64,000 nt of DNA from Candidatus Thorarchaeota archaeon. GTDB taxonomy: Archaea; Asgardarchaeota; Thorarchaeia; Thorarchaeales; Thorarchaeaceae. Location of the stretch: assembly GCA_019057475.1 (NCBI GenBank), contig DXJO01000027.1, positions 36,174-100,173 of the forward strand, given 5' to 3'. Positions 8,587 through 18,635 of the stretch are shown here, piece by piece; the first letter of the stretch is position 1, and every line of letters begins with the position of its first letter. The position numbers and the translations under genes were made by a program. The notes under the pieces are model-generated. The model searched no databases, was not told the DNA's origin, and worked only from the letters and a program-made list of their open reading frames with translations.

Positions 8587-9780
8587 ATGGAAATCAACAG
8601 CCTCTACATCATCAAACGCGATACAGGGATTTGCATGTATCACAAGGATTTCCAGGAAGAGGTCTTCGACCCTCAACTTCTATCCTCATTTGTCGTCGCC
8701 ATGACTACCTTCTTTGACGAAGTCACTCGGTCTTCCAAACCTCAAGCAAGAGCGTTCGAAGGAGCAGATTACACTCTTATCGTTGAATTTGGAGAATGGA
8801 CAGTTGGAGCGGTGTCTGCTGACAAAGAGTCACAGCGCCTAAGGGAGAAGCTCAAGAGTGTCATAGCCAAATTTGAGAACCAGTTTAGCCTTTTGCGATG
8901 GGTAGACCTAGATCTGGCAGTCTACACCAGATTCGAGCGACATGTCATTGAAGAGTTCATCCGCGAACAGATAGAGTCTGACAGCCAAATCATAGTGAAA
9001 CCACACTGGGAGTTCTACACAAAGAACCCAGACGTGGTGTCATTTCTTAGATTGGTGCCACAAATATGCACCGTTAAGGACGCCGCAGATTTCTTGGAGA
9101 TGCCGGTGGAAATTGCACTGAATCTTACAGCTGAGGCACTATGGGAGAAGGCAATCATAGTCAGGGCATCCATAAAGGAGGATGACATCTACGATGCAAC
9201 CGCACTGACTGGTCCAAGGGGGTTAGCCAAAGAGGTCCCCCCGGAAGTAACCAGAGTCCTCTCTCAACTAGATGGTGAAACACCGCTTACAATTGCCGCT
9301 GAGAGAGTCAAGACTGCCGACCTCAAACGATTTCTAAGTGACATAGCAGTACTAGCAGAGAAGCACGAGGTTGAGCTTGTTTCTCCAGCTCAAGCCATTG
9401 TGGTTTTGTTCTCGTCAGCGCTTCAAGAATTGTTGGACAGATGTGCAAGAATTCTGGGTCGAAGAGTTACTCATCAAATGTTCTTTGATTCAAGAGATAT
9501 TCAAGCACAGATCTATCCGTGGCTTGCCTTTGTGGACTTTGATGAAAGTCTAGATGTGGAAATCAAGAGCTCTCTCATGTCAGCTGCCGGCAAGCGAAGA
9601 ATCACTCCTGAAATACTCAATGACGGGTTCAGGACATTCCTTCACTCAATTGTGAGAAACATCCGTTCCTATTTGGGCGCTAAGCCTGCTAATACTATCC
9701 TAGATAGAACTCGGGAAGAGATGGGGAAGCAGTTCCCTCGGCGCTATTTGGACATAGAATGGGAATTGTTACGTGTTTAA
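8587..9780 (+). CDS. Longin-like N-terminal domain protein with winged-helix-like segments
   Basis: The N-terminus LYII..TGICMYH..DPQLLSSFVVAM..F matches the longin-like cytoplasmic domain of 30377-36229. ATG 8587 preferred. Confidence 0.65.
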   Translation: MEINSLYIIKRDTGICMYHKDFQEEVFDPQLLSSFVVAMTTFFDEVTRSSKPQARAFEGADYTLIVEFGEWTVGAVSADKESQRLREKLKSVIAKFENQFSLLRWVDLDLAVYTRFERHVIEEFIREQIESDSQIIVKPHWEFYTKNPDVVSFLRLVPQICTVKDAADFLEMPVEIALNLTAEALWEKAIIVRASIKEDDIYDATALTGPRGLAKEVPPEVTRVLSQLDGETPLTIAAERVKTADLKRFLSDIAVLAEKHEVELVSPAQAIVVLFSSALQELLDRCARILGRRVTHQMFFDSRDIQAQIYPWLAFVDFDESLDVEIKSSLMSAAGKRRITPEILNDGFRTFLHSIVRNIRSYLGAKPANTILDRTREEMGKQFPRRYLDIEWELLRV

Positions 9781-9849
9781 CGAAACATTTCACCAACACC
9801 AACAAGATTTACAAGCTAAAGAGAGATTGAATCATTCTACACGAAGAGC

Positions 9850-10647
9850 GTGGAGAGGACCACTCGAGTGACCATATCGAAAACGCGCCGGGCATTGCCA
9901 TTCCTCCTTGGCGGCATTCTAATTGCAATGATTTGGGTAGTTTTATGGTTCTTAGGCCTTGACGATAGCTTGCTTCTGATGGCCATTTTCCTCCCGCCGT
10001 CTGCCGCATTAATATCCGGGATTATCGGTGTTGCGTACTTCGGACAAGAGGGCTTCATGCGGGAAGATAGGTTCCATATGATGAACCTGATGTTGGCTCT
10101 TGCATTGGTTGTATTCGCGATAGCCGAAATTGCAACCGGTGTGATTGGCAGTAGCGAAACTGGCTACTTGGCCATCATTCTAATGCAGCTTCCTGGACTG
10201 CTACTTGTAGCTCTTGGCGTAGCGAGTTACCTAAGAGCCACCACCGAGGTCTTGAACTACAGGAATTATAAAACGATAGCAGCAATAATTTGTATTCCAT
10301 TTGGTTTCTTTGCTGTTGCTGGTGCAATCATGGCAATAGCTGTTCCCGGAGCTTTGACAGTTGAATCCCTCGTCAACATTGTAGTGGCAGCGGGAATTGG
10401 ATCCATCGTACTGGCTCTTGGAATGTTATTGTGGGTCTTTCGACAAGGAGAATTTGCAGCACCTCTTGGATTCGCATTCATCGCAATGCTGCTCTATCTT
10501 GCCAGAAGCATTCTTTGGTGCTGGTTCGGTTTCACTCCTCTCGAATCGCTGTTCCAAGTCCTTGTCGTGGAGTCGTACATACTGTTGGGGGCATCTATCT
10601 CCGTGGCAAGAGGACTGCAAGACGGTAAGGCTGAAATTGTAACTTAG
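9850..10647 (+). CDS. Polytopic membrane protein, unknown function
   Basis: About 8 hydrophobic segments. Confidence 0.7.
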   Translation: MERTTRVTISKTRRALPFLLGGILIAMIWVVLWFLGLDDSLLLMAIFLPPSAALISGIIGVAYFGQEGFMREDRFHMMNLMLALALVVFAIAEIATGVIGSSETGYLAIILMQLPGLLLVALGVASYLRATTEVLNYRNYKTIAAIICIPFGFFAVAGAIMAIAVPGALTVESLVNIVVAAGIGSIVLALGMLLWVFRQGEFAAPLGFAFIAMLLYLARSILWCWFGFTPLESLFQVLVVESYILLGASISVARGLQDGKAEIVT

Positions 10648-10709
10648 CGGTTTCGCTTTCATTGACTAATAATGGATTAAATAGGTGCTTCAGAAAAGGG
10701 ATGAATGAC

Positions 10710-11330
10710 ATGGAAGAAGAGCTGCTATTCAGAGTTGTATTCGTTGTAACCTATGGTTTCTTCTTTGTTGTTAGAGGCTATTTCAGATTCTACAAAGCTA
10801 GGAAAGAATCAACGCAAATTGTAGCTAGAAATGAACCTACAGAATACGGAAAATTAGCTAAGACAGGTATAGCAGTATGCGTTCTTGGCTATTTGATCTC
10901 TGCAATTGTGTATATTCTAATCCCCGAGTATATTGTATGGGCTCAGTTTCCCGTCCCAGCCTTGGTTAGATGGGCAGGTTGTGTAGTCGCAATAATGACT
11001 ATTCCATTGCTTGCTTGGATTCATATAACGTTGGGAAAGCACTACTCTGCAGACCTTGTCATGAAGGATAATCACATGATAGTAACAAGTGGCCCCTATA
11101 GCAGAGTACGGCATCCAATGTATACTGTACTAATTACATTTTCAATAGGAGTAGCAATAATATCTGCAAATCTGCTGCTCATAGCCTTCTCAGTACTATT
11201 AGTAATGCTATTCCCATTTCTCGCTCGTCAAGAGGAACAGATGCTTCTAGATGGATTCGGTGAGGAATACAGTCAATACATGGAAAGAACTGGTCGATTC
11301 ATCCCCCGATTATGTCACAAAGAAAAGTGA
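10710..11330 (+). CDS. Isoprenylcysteine carboxyl methyltransferase (ICMT/PEMT) family protein
   Basis: Motifs LGKHYS..H.IVTSGPYSRVRHPMY and EEQMLLDGFGEEY..Y...TGRFIP; membrane helices. Confidence 0.85.
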   Translation: MEEELLFRVVFVVTYGFFFVVRGYFRFYKARKESTQIVARNEPTEYGKLAKTGIAVCVLGYLISAIVYILIPEYIVWAQFPVPALVRWAGCVVAIMTIPLLAWIHITLGKHYSADLVMKDNHMIVTSGPYSRVRHPMYTVLITFSIGVAIISANLLLIAFSVLLVMLFPFLARQEEQMLLDGFGEEYSQYMERTGRFIPRLCHKEK

Positions 11331-11504
11331 ATTGGAACCTGCCTTTCTTTTCGCTAGAACCTAGATCGAAGCCTGTGTAAGAGTGGAACATTTACGTCAG
11401 GTACTTCACCGCCTGCAATCTGGGGGCTACCAACCTCGAAATCAAAAACCCTTATTATTCCGTCCATGGTGCCGGCAATTGCTTGTCGGCCATTTGGATT
11501 CATC

Positions 11505-13562
11505 TTAGTCATGATGTTGTCGCTGCATCCGCTTCCTGAGCTTTTCCCTCATCTCAGGAGAGATATCAGGGCTATCAGACATCATCTTCCTAAGGGTTTC
11601 AGGAGGAATCCGTTCGATCATCTTCTTCATAAGCTCGGGAGTTGGATCACCAGTCTTGAGCATATGCTTGAACATCTGCATTTCCTTTGAATCTGCTTCC
11701 TTGGTTGTGCGAGAAACCTCTTCACGAGCTACTTCTGCTACTTCTTCCGTCAGTTCCTCAACGCCCTGGTGTGCATAGTATGTGTCGTACAAAGCTTTGA
11801 AGACACCTCCGCGAGCAAGCAACTCCTCGTGCGAACCCTCCTCTATGAGTTCTCCGTGATCAAAGACAAGAATGCGAGATGCATCTGCAATAGTCGTGAG
11901 CCGGTGCGCAATGACTACTGTTGTGCGGTCTGCGAAAAGCAACGCCTGTGCATCTTGAACCAACGCCTCGGAATAGGCATCAAGCCGAGATGTGGCTTCG
12001 TCAAGAATCAATATGCGTGGATTGGCCAACATCGTTCGAGCTATTGTAATCATCTGTCTCTGACCAGCACTGAGGTTCTTCCCATTCTCCAGAACAAGTG
12101 TGTCGTAGCCGTTGGCCAAGACCTCAATGAATTCGTTCGCACCAATGATCCTGCAAAGGTCATGGATTTCTTCGTCGGTTGCTTCAGGTCGACCATATCT
12201 GATGTTCTCCATAATGGAACCATCAAAGAGGTACGGTTCTTGTGGTATCAACGATACTGCATTGTGGAGAGATTCCAGAGTCACCTTGCGAAGGTCGTGG
12301 CTCCCAATGAGAATCCGTCCCTCTTGAGGATCGTAAAACCTGTTGATCAATGCAGCTAGAGTTGTCTTTCCGGCTCCGGTGTGCCCTACTACGGCTACCA
12401 TCTCACCCGGATTAATCGTGAAATCAACGGCCTTGAGCACGGGGGTATCAGGCACGTAAGAGAAAGTGATATTCTCAAAGGTGATACCGTCGCTTTCATC
12501 CGCAAGAACTTCGGCATTTGACAAATCAGCTATGGCACGCTTAGCATCGATGACATCCGAGATTCGGTCCATTGCGGCGAGTGAGGCTTGGATTTGGGTG
12601 CCACCCATAACTAGGCCAAGGAGCGGCCACATGAAGCGTCCAATGAGAATAATACCTAGAAAGACCTCACCAATTGTCAACGCTGGAAGGGTGCCGACAG
12701 CGAGACTTCCGCCCACAAAGAGGACAGCTGCCACTGCGAATTGGCCAATGGATCTGACAAGAGGCTGCATTAGGCTCATCAGTGCCATAAATTTCATACC
12801 ATGATGGTAGGCCTTCTGATTAAGCTCAGACATATCCGCTGCTAGTTCGTCCTCACGATTGAAGGATTTCGCGATGTGAACTCCACTAAGATCCTCAGCT
12901 ATTTGACCTGAAACCTTGCCATAAGCTCTCTGCGAGGCGAGCATAATCCTCTGGCCGACAGTCCCAAAAAGAATCATGATGAATGCAACACCAGGCACAA
13001 CGACCAACGATGTCAAGGCCAGCTGCGCGGATGCAGACCATAGAAGATAGAGTGAAGATACGAGCATCAATATTTGACTTGCGAAATCAATCATCACTTG
13101 GACACCAGTTGTCAACGAAACTGTATCGGTAGTTACTCTAGATGTCACATTCCCACTCTGCTCTGACTTATGATACGATAAGTCCGCGTTGACAAGATGG
13201 CTATAAACATCTGATTGAACTCTCTGTACAAAGCCAGCCTGTGCGCCGGCAAGAATCCAAGTGTTGATGCTTCTCAGGGTCCAAGAGGTAATCTTGAGTA
13301 CAATATATAGAACAACCAAGAGGAGTAACGCATCGAATGTCCCTCCAGCGCTGAACACAACATCAATCCCCATTGTGAGGACAAGGGGTTCGAATACTGC
13401 TACCAATGTTCCAATAATGGCAAATACAGCTCCCACGGCCATAACACGCTTGAATGGTCCAAGATAGCCAAACATGCGCCCTAGAAGGAGTCGAACAGGG
13501 CGACTACGCTTCTCACGTTTGCCTGATAGGCGCCTAGGCCCACCCCTTGGATGCATTCCCAT
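11505..13562 (-). CDS. ABC exporter TMD-NBD half transporter (canonical Walker B Glu and switch His)
   Basis: Motifs GHTGAGKT, LSAGQRQ, ILDEAT and IAHRL; N-terminal TMD. Confidence 0.92.
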   Translation of the reverse strand: MGMHPRGGPRRLSGKREKRSRPVRLLLGRMFGYLGPFKRVMAVGAVFAIIGTLVAVFEPLVLTMGIDVVFSAGGTFDALLLLVVLYIVLKITSWTLRSINTWILAGAQAGFVQRVQSDVYSHLVNADLSYHKSEQSGNVTSRVTTDTVSLTTGVQVMIDFASQILMLVSSLYLLWSASAQLALTSLVVVPGVAFIMILFGTVGQRIMLASQRAYGKVSGQIAEDLSGVHIAKSFNREDELAADMSELNQKAYHHGMKFMALMSLMQPLVRSIGQFAVAAVLFVGGSLAVGTLPALTIGEVFLGIILIGRFMWPLLGLVMGGTQIQASLAAMDRISDVIDAKRAIADLSNAEVLADESDGITFENITFSYVPDTPVLKAVDFTINPGEMVAVVGHTGAGKTTLAALINRFYDPQEGRILIGSHDLRKVTLESLHNAVSLIPQEPYLFDGSIMENIRYGRPEATDEEIHDLCRIIGANEFIEVLANGYDTLVLENGKNLSAGQRQMITIARTMLANPRILILDEATSRLDAYSEALVQDAQALLFADRTTVVIAHRLTTIADASRILVFDHGELIEEGSHEELLARGGVFKALYDTYYAHQGVEELTEEVAEVAREEVSRTTKEADSKEMQMFKHMLKTGDPTPELMKKMIERIPPETLRKMMSDSPDISPEMREKLRKRMQRQHHD

Positions 13563-15421
13563 TACGGAACACCCCCTTGTACCGGCAAGCCCTTGAGAAG
13601 GTTCCTAGCACCCGGCAAGCGCTCAAAGATATGCCTATAGTGCTCGCAAGTTTCGAGTAAATCATCGTGACACCCAGCAGCCACAAGACGACCCTTGTCA
13701 ACGATGATTACCATATCTGATTCCATTAGCGTACGAAGCCGTTGTGTTACAGTAATGCTAGTTCTTCCTACCATGACCTCATCCAATGCTTTCCTCATCA
13801 AGAACTCAGTCTGAGCGTCGACTGCACTCACCGAGTCATCGAGCAACAGAATCTTTGGATCTTGGATTATCGCACGAGCTATTGCCAGACGTTGCCGCTG
13901 GCCACCACTTAGCGTCATGCCGCGCTCTTCCACCATAGAATCATATCCTTCAGGAAGCTCGATTATGAACTCATCAGCTTGAGCCCTCGTGGCTGCCTCA
14001 ACGACCTCATCTTTGGTTGCATTTTTCCGCCCGAATGAAATGTTGTTTCGAACGCTCATCCTAAACAGAAAGATGTCTTGCTCAACGGAGCCAACCATAT
14101 CCCGAACTGTGGTGGTTCTCACATCTCGAAGGCTCACTCCGCCCACGCAAACCTCGCCTTCAGTGGGATCGTACAATCTCAGCAATAGTTTTAGGATTGT
14201 GCTCTTGCCCCCACCGGGCCCACCAACAAGAGCAACTCTGGACCCACCAGGAATTCGTATGCTGAAGTCCCTGAGCGCATAATGTTCATTGTGACTATTG
14301 TTTGAATTATACTTGAAACTAACATTGTCGAACACGATCTCCCCTGCCCAATCGACGTCCAGGGCTTCTTCCTCTGGTTCAACCATCGGATCTTCCCAGT
14401 TCAAGATGTCGACAATTCTCTGTGAATTTACGTGGCCGCCTCGAAGCATCAGCAGCATGCGCGGGAAATGAAAATTGAGAAACTCTAGGGATACTAGAAG
14501 TGTGAGCACCTGCATAAAATTGCCAATAGTCAAAACACCTGATAGGACTGCAAACCCACCGTAGAAGAATGCGACGGCAGTCACACCAACAAGTATCAGA
14601 GCGGGTATGTAAAAGGCCGCTAGACGTCCCTCTTGGGCTTGGAGTTTCTCATATTCCTTGCTTGCGTGCTGGAATTTCTCCTCTTCTCGGGTTTCTGCGC
14701 CAAATGCTCTCACAACCTCTATCCCTTGAAACACACCTTGTGAGATTGAGGTGAGTCGTTCCATGTCCTCAGATCGTTTTCTGCGCACAGGCTCAACCGC
14801 ATTAGCATATTTGTAAGCATAAACAAGATAGAGTGGCATTCCAATCAATATGATTATCGTGAACATGGGAATGGCGATTCCAGAAACGGTCACAAGACCA
14901 AGTAATCCCGGGGTCAAATCGATATTGGAAAGGAAGATAGCCGTGATTACCAAGGAAGTTAGTCCGCCAATGATGTTGCGCATAGCCGGATTCAGGGACA
15001 TGCGGACCCACGTGATATCTTGCATTGCTACTGAGAGTAGTCGCTTGCTATCAACCTCATCATGGAAAGTCATGCTGAACTCCTGAAGAGATTCAAAGAA
15101 ATCCTGTCTTGCATCTCGTTCCCATCTGAGAGTAACGATAGCCCATACATAGCCCACGCCGAAGTAGAGGACCATATAGACTGTAGTAAGTCCTACAATG
15201 AGCCATACATAGAAGGTAAACTGTGCGGTGTACCCTGCAACTGTAAGTTCATCAATCGCAAGCCCAATAATCATAGCCGGCAGAACTAGAAGTAATGTCG
15301 ATATCACCGTGAAGAGAGTTGCCACAGCTATAGACCCGGGATGCTTGAGTAGACCCCCCATCATGTAACGCGTAGCACTCTTGTGTTTAGTTGTCGATTT
15401 GCTGGTCATTGGTTTAGTCAC
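13562..15421 (-). CDS. ABC exporter TMD-NBD half transporter (degenerate site)
   Basis: Motifs GGPGGGKS, LSGGQRQ, LLDDS (E to D) and VTQRL (H to Q); coupled to the partner gene. Confidence 0.92.
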   Translation of the reverse strand: MTKPMTSKSTTKHKSATRYMMGGLLKHPGSIAVATLFTVISTLLLVLPAMIIGLAIDELTVAGYTAQFTFYVWLIVGLTTVYMVLYFGVGYVWAIVTLRWERDARQDFFESLQEFSMTFHDEVDSKRLLSVAMQDITWVRMSLNPAMRNIIGGLTSLVITAIFLSNIDLTPGLLGLVTVSGIAIPMFTIIILIGMPLYLVYAYKYANAVEPVRRKRSEDMERLTSISQGVFQGIEVVRAFGAETREEEKFQHASKEYEKLQAQEGRLAAFYIPALILVGVTAVAFFYGGFAVLSGVLTIGNFMQVLTLLVSLEFLNFHFPRMLLMLRGGHVNSQRIVDILNWEDPMVEPEEEALDVDWAGEIVFDNVSFKYNSNNSHNEHYALRDFSIRIPGGSRVALVGGPGGGKSTILKLLLRLYDPTEGEVCVGGVSLRDVRTTTVRDMVGSVEQDIFLFRMSVRNNISFGRKNATKDEVVEAATRAQADEFIIELPEGYDSMVEERGMTLSGGQRQRLAIARAIIQDPKILLLDDSVSAVDAQTEFLMRKALDEVMVGRTSITVTQRLRTLMESDMVIIVDKGRLVAAGCHDDLLETCEHYRHIFERLPGARNLLKGLPVQGGVP

Positions 15422-15962
15422 TCTTCTCCAACATCTTCGTTATCTTCGTTAGTTTGTCACGGACCTCTTCGATCTCAGCCAGGAGTGGCTTTTTCTCCTT
15501 CTTTGAAAGAAAGGCCTTTATTTCCAGCAATGAATCCGCACCAAACGTCATATTATGGACTAGGTGCCGCGCCCGATTGGTAGGACTCATGAACGAGAAC
15601 CATAACATCGAAATCATTCGCATCTTCAGCTCAGGGGGCATGCGCTTCATGAGCATCTTAACATGCTTTCTGCCAGCCTTAGTCAGACGGTAAGGGGTTC
15701 TTCGTCCATGACCCTCAACCTTCTCGACTAGACCGCACGCTTCCAGCTCCGCTAGATTGGGATACACAGATCCCGGGCCGGGACTCCAAGCACCTCTTGT
15801 TCGGCGTTCGAACTCTTGCTTGATCTCCGATCCTGTCATCTCATTAGTCTTGAGCAACAGCAGCATGAAATGCCGCAGCATTCCTCTAGGAATTGACTGA
15901 GGAGGACGGAATTCTGCAGGGTCGACGCACCCAGAGTGCTTGTTCGTTCTTGTCACCTTCAA
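15414..15962 (-). CDS. PadR family transcriptional regulator
   Basis: RGML..M.G.EI..WSPGPGSVYP.L..LE..GLV..Y.LT.AG pattern; heads the ABC operon; start uncertain. Confidence 0.85.
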   Translation of the reverse strand: MKVTRTNKHSGCVDPAEFRPPQSIPRGMLRHFMLLLLKTNEMTGSEIKQEFERRTRGAWSPGPGSVYPNLAELEACGLVEKVEGHGRRTPYRLTKAGRKHVKMLMKRMPPELKMRMISMLWFSFMSPTNRARHLVHNMTFGADSLLEIKAFLSKKEKKPLLAEIEEVRDKLTKITKMLEKSD

Positions 15963-15968
15963 TGGTTA

Positions 15969-16021
15969 ATATCGTATGCAATATCGTAGACGATATACCG
16001 AGTTATTATCGTATGCGATAT
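15969..16021. promoter_or_regulatory. Three copies of a 16-bp palindrome (ATATCGTAnnCGATAT-like), probable PadR operator
   Basis: ATATCGTATGCAATAT (15969-15984), ATATCGTAGACGATAT (15981-15996) and TTATCGTATGCGATAT (16006-16021), directly upstream of padR. Confidence 0.7.
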
Positions 16022-16095
16022 AAATGTAATGGTTTCAACGCTGCAAGGAAGCGACCACCTGATTTGGGAATGTTGATAAGAAAGGCAGTAGGGGA

Positions 16096-17967
16096 ATGGC
16101 CGGCGCGGTGGTGAACTGCGAATTGGGTGAGCAAGCTAAAGTCAAGGAAACGGTTCGACTCTACACAAAGGTCTGGAAGCTGCCGACCTACAGAGGGGTT
16201 GTCGGTAGGCTCGTGGTGTATGCGTTGTTTTTCTCAATTCTGCTCGCGACCATGAGGACTGCATTCTTTCTAGATCCAAACTCAATGCAAATCCTCCTTG
16301 GATATCTGCTCCTCATTGGTCTGCCCGCTTTGTTGGGCACTAAACTGCTCTATGCTATGGTTGGAGGACCTGAATCGCCACTTGATAACCGAAGAACCAT
16401 AGGCATAGCTCAATACGGCGTGTTACTATGGCTCATCATTGCGTTCTTTGGAGGTGTTGCAGATTTCGTTCTTGCGGCAGATTTCTATGAAGGACGCATG
16501 TGGTTATTGGGACTGGGCATGTCATACATGCTATTCGCATTCTTGCTAACAGCGATGAGTGACCACCATCCTCTGCGTAACTTTGTCGGGGCACTGATGC
16601 CGCTAATTGTTTGGATGATTACAGTCATATCTATTGCACCTATAGTCACGGGACTTCCAACGTACCCGTCCGCTTGGCCAATATTCATAGTAGGCATCTT
16701 CGTTCTTTGCTCTGCCGTGGTTCACTACATATACAGGTCGGTGAGCAAGCCCTTCGAAAGGGACCTTGGAATTAACGGCCCAGCACTCCTCAGGGCATTT
16801 GGCCACGACCTCCTCATGGACAACCCAACTCCCTTCGAGAAAATCATGGACGAAATTTCATTTGAACAAGACATGCCCCTCGAAGTGATTGTCTTCAGAA
16901 ACGCTGGCAATCTTCTTGCAGTGGGTGTTGTACTCTATGTGCATCCAGGACCTTTCAGAAACATCGGCAGTAGCGGTCTGCCATCCGCAGTAATCAAGCA
17001 CGTAAGAGAAACTCACGGGGTGCAGGGATTTGTTCTCCATGGAAGTTGCACTCATCATCAGAATCTAACAACGAAGGAAGACTATGGCAGAATAATGGAA
17101 GAGATTGATAGACTCATTGAGACAACCGAGGTTCACGACACCATTTCCGGACCTCACTGGACAGATGAAGGCAGATTCAAGGTTTGGACGCTCTTCGCGG
17201 GAAACGACCTTCTGACAATCACGACAAGTGCTCCAGATTTCACGGATGACATTGCTCTTGGCGTAGGTATGGACACAGCGAAGATGGTTCGCAAGAGGCT
17301 CCCGAAAATCGGAGGCGTTGCGATTGTTGACGCACACAACTGTATTGATGATAACGCCGTTTCAGTAATGCTTGGGTCAAAAGAAGCTGGAGAGTATGTC
17401 GCCGCAGTGTCTAGTGCGGCGTTCACAACTATCAACAACCCCAGCTCGAAAGTATCGGTCGGGATTCATCAACTAGTGCCTCCAGATGTATCAAAAGAGG
17501 AAGGTATGGGACCTGGGGGGATAACTGCTCTTGTGATGAAATTCGATGATCGAGAGATGGCCCTGTTGTCAATCGATGGAAATAACATGGAACCCGGCAT
17601 GCGAGAGGAGATTATCAGCATGATCAAGGGTTTGGGCATTGACGATGTCGAAGCGGTCACAACGGATACACACGTGGTCAACGCAATTGCGATGTCCAAT
17701 AGAGGGTATTCTCCCGTTGGCGCCCAGAAACGTGAAGAGGTTCTCAGCGGCATAGCTGTTGCCATAACGAAAGCTATGGAGAATATGCTCCCTGTCAGTG
17801 TTGGTCTTGGTTTTGGAGAGGTCAAGGCGCTTCGGACGTACGGCGAGAAGGGATTCGATACATTGACACAAAACATAGTAGAGGCATACAATATCGCCAA
17901 GAGAACCGGGATAAGTGTAGCACTAGCAGGGTTCTTGGGATCGCTCCTGCTTGCATTCCTGCTGTGA
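16096..17967 (+). CDS. DUF2070 family membrane protein
   Basis: N-terminal TM helices; motifs VHPGPFRNIGSS.LP, HG..TH, DAHN, DGNN and TTDTH. Confidence 0.85.
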   Translation: MAGAVVNCELGEQAKVKETVRLYTKVWKLPTYRGVVGRLVVYALFFSILLATMRTAFFLDPNSMQILLGYLLLIGLPALLGTKLLYAMVGGPESPLDNRRTIGIAQYGVLLWLIIAFFGGVADFVLAADFYEGRMWLLGLGMSYMLFAFLLTAMSDHHPLRNFVGALMPLIVWMITVISIAPIVTGLPTYPSAWPIFIVGIFVLCSAVVHYIYRSVSKPFERDLGINGPALLRAFGHDLLMDNPTPFEKIMDEISFEQDMPLEVIVFRNAGNLLAVGVVLYVHPGPFRNIGSSGLPSAVIKHVRETHGVQGFVLHGSCTHHQNLTTKEDYGRIMEEIDRLIETTEVHDTISGPHWTDEGRFKVWTLFAGNDLLTITTSAPDFTDDIALGVGMDTAKMVRKRLPKIGGVAIVDAHNCIDDNAVSVMLGSKEAGEYVAAVSSAAFTTINNPSSKVSVGIHQLVPPDVSKEEGMGPGGITALVMKFDDREMALLSIDGNNMEPGMREEIISMIKGLGIDDVEAVTTDTHVVNAIAMSNRGYSPVGAQKREEVLSGIAVAITKAMENMLPVSVGLGFGEVKALRTYGEKGFDTLTQNIVEAYNIAKRTGISVALAGFLGSLLLAFLL

Positions 17968-18037
17968 ATGATGACATTCCAGAAAGGACATATGAGAGCT
18001 CGTTCATAGTAATAGTTCCCACAGGTAGGTTACAGCG

Positions 18038-18613
18038 ATGGCAAAGAAACGCATCTTGATCTGCATAACTGGAGCCAGCGGAACTATTTACGGAGTCCGA
18101 CTGATTAGAGCCTTGAAGAGTTTGGGACATGAGGTATGCTTGATTGTGAGTAAGTGGGGGGCCGAAACTCTCAAACATGAGATGGAATTGACTCCCAAGG
18201 AATTGGCAAAAGAAGTAGACTACGTCTTTGATAACGATGACCTCTCTGCGGGACCGGCAAGTGGAAGCTATCATCTTGATGCAATGGCGATAGTGCCCTG
18301 TTCTATGAAGACACTTGCAGGTGTTGCGCAGGGATACGCAGAAACCCTTGTCGTCAGAGCAGCAGACTGCAGCCTCAAGGAGAAAAGGCCGCTCGTTTTG
18401 TTGCCCCGAGAAACCCCCCTTAATCTGATCCACATCAGAAATATGGCTCAGGTTGTGGAGGCTGGAGCCACAGTGATACCTGCAAGTCCAGCGTTTTGGC
18501 ACAAGCCAAAGACGATTGAAGATCTTGTGGATTCTCTGATAGATCGGATTCTCACGCACCTTCACGCAAAGGAGATGACCGAGATTGAATGGTCTTCGGG
18601 TTCCTCACGCTAG
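18038..18613 (+). CDS. ubiX: Flavin prenyltransferase UbiX
   Basis: Motifs ITGASG, ASGS, PCSMKTLA, RAAD..LKEKR and PRETP. Confidence 0.93.
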   Translation: MAKKRILICITGASGTIYGVRLIRALKSLGHEVCLIVSKWGAETLKHEMELTPKELAKEVDYVFDNDDLSAGPASGSYHLDAMAIVPCSMKTLAGVAQGYAETLVVRAADCSLKEKRPLVLLPRETPLNLIHIRNMAQVVEAGATVIPASPAFWHKPKTIEDLVDSLIDRILTHLHAKEMTEIEWSSGSSR

Positions 18614-18635
18614 CCTTAGAGCGTGTTAATTGAAA

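Noticed and set aside
17822-18565. 247-aa minus-strand ORF and the many other 60-200 aa ORFs overlapping called genes
   Set aside because: These are antisense or off-frame shadows of well-supported genes (here ubiX), with no recognisable motifs.
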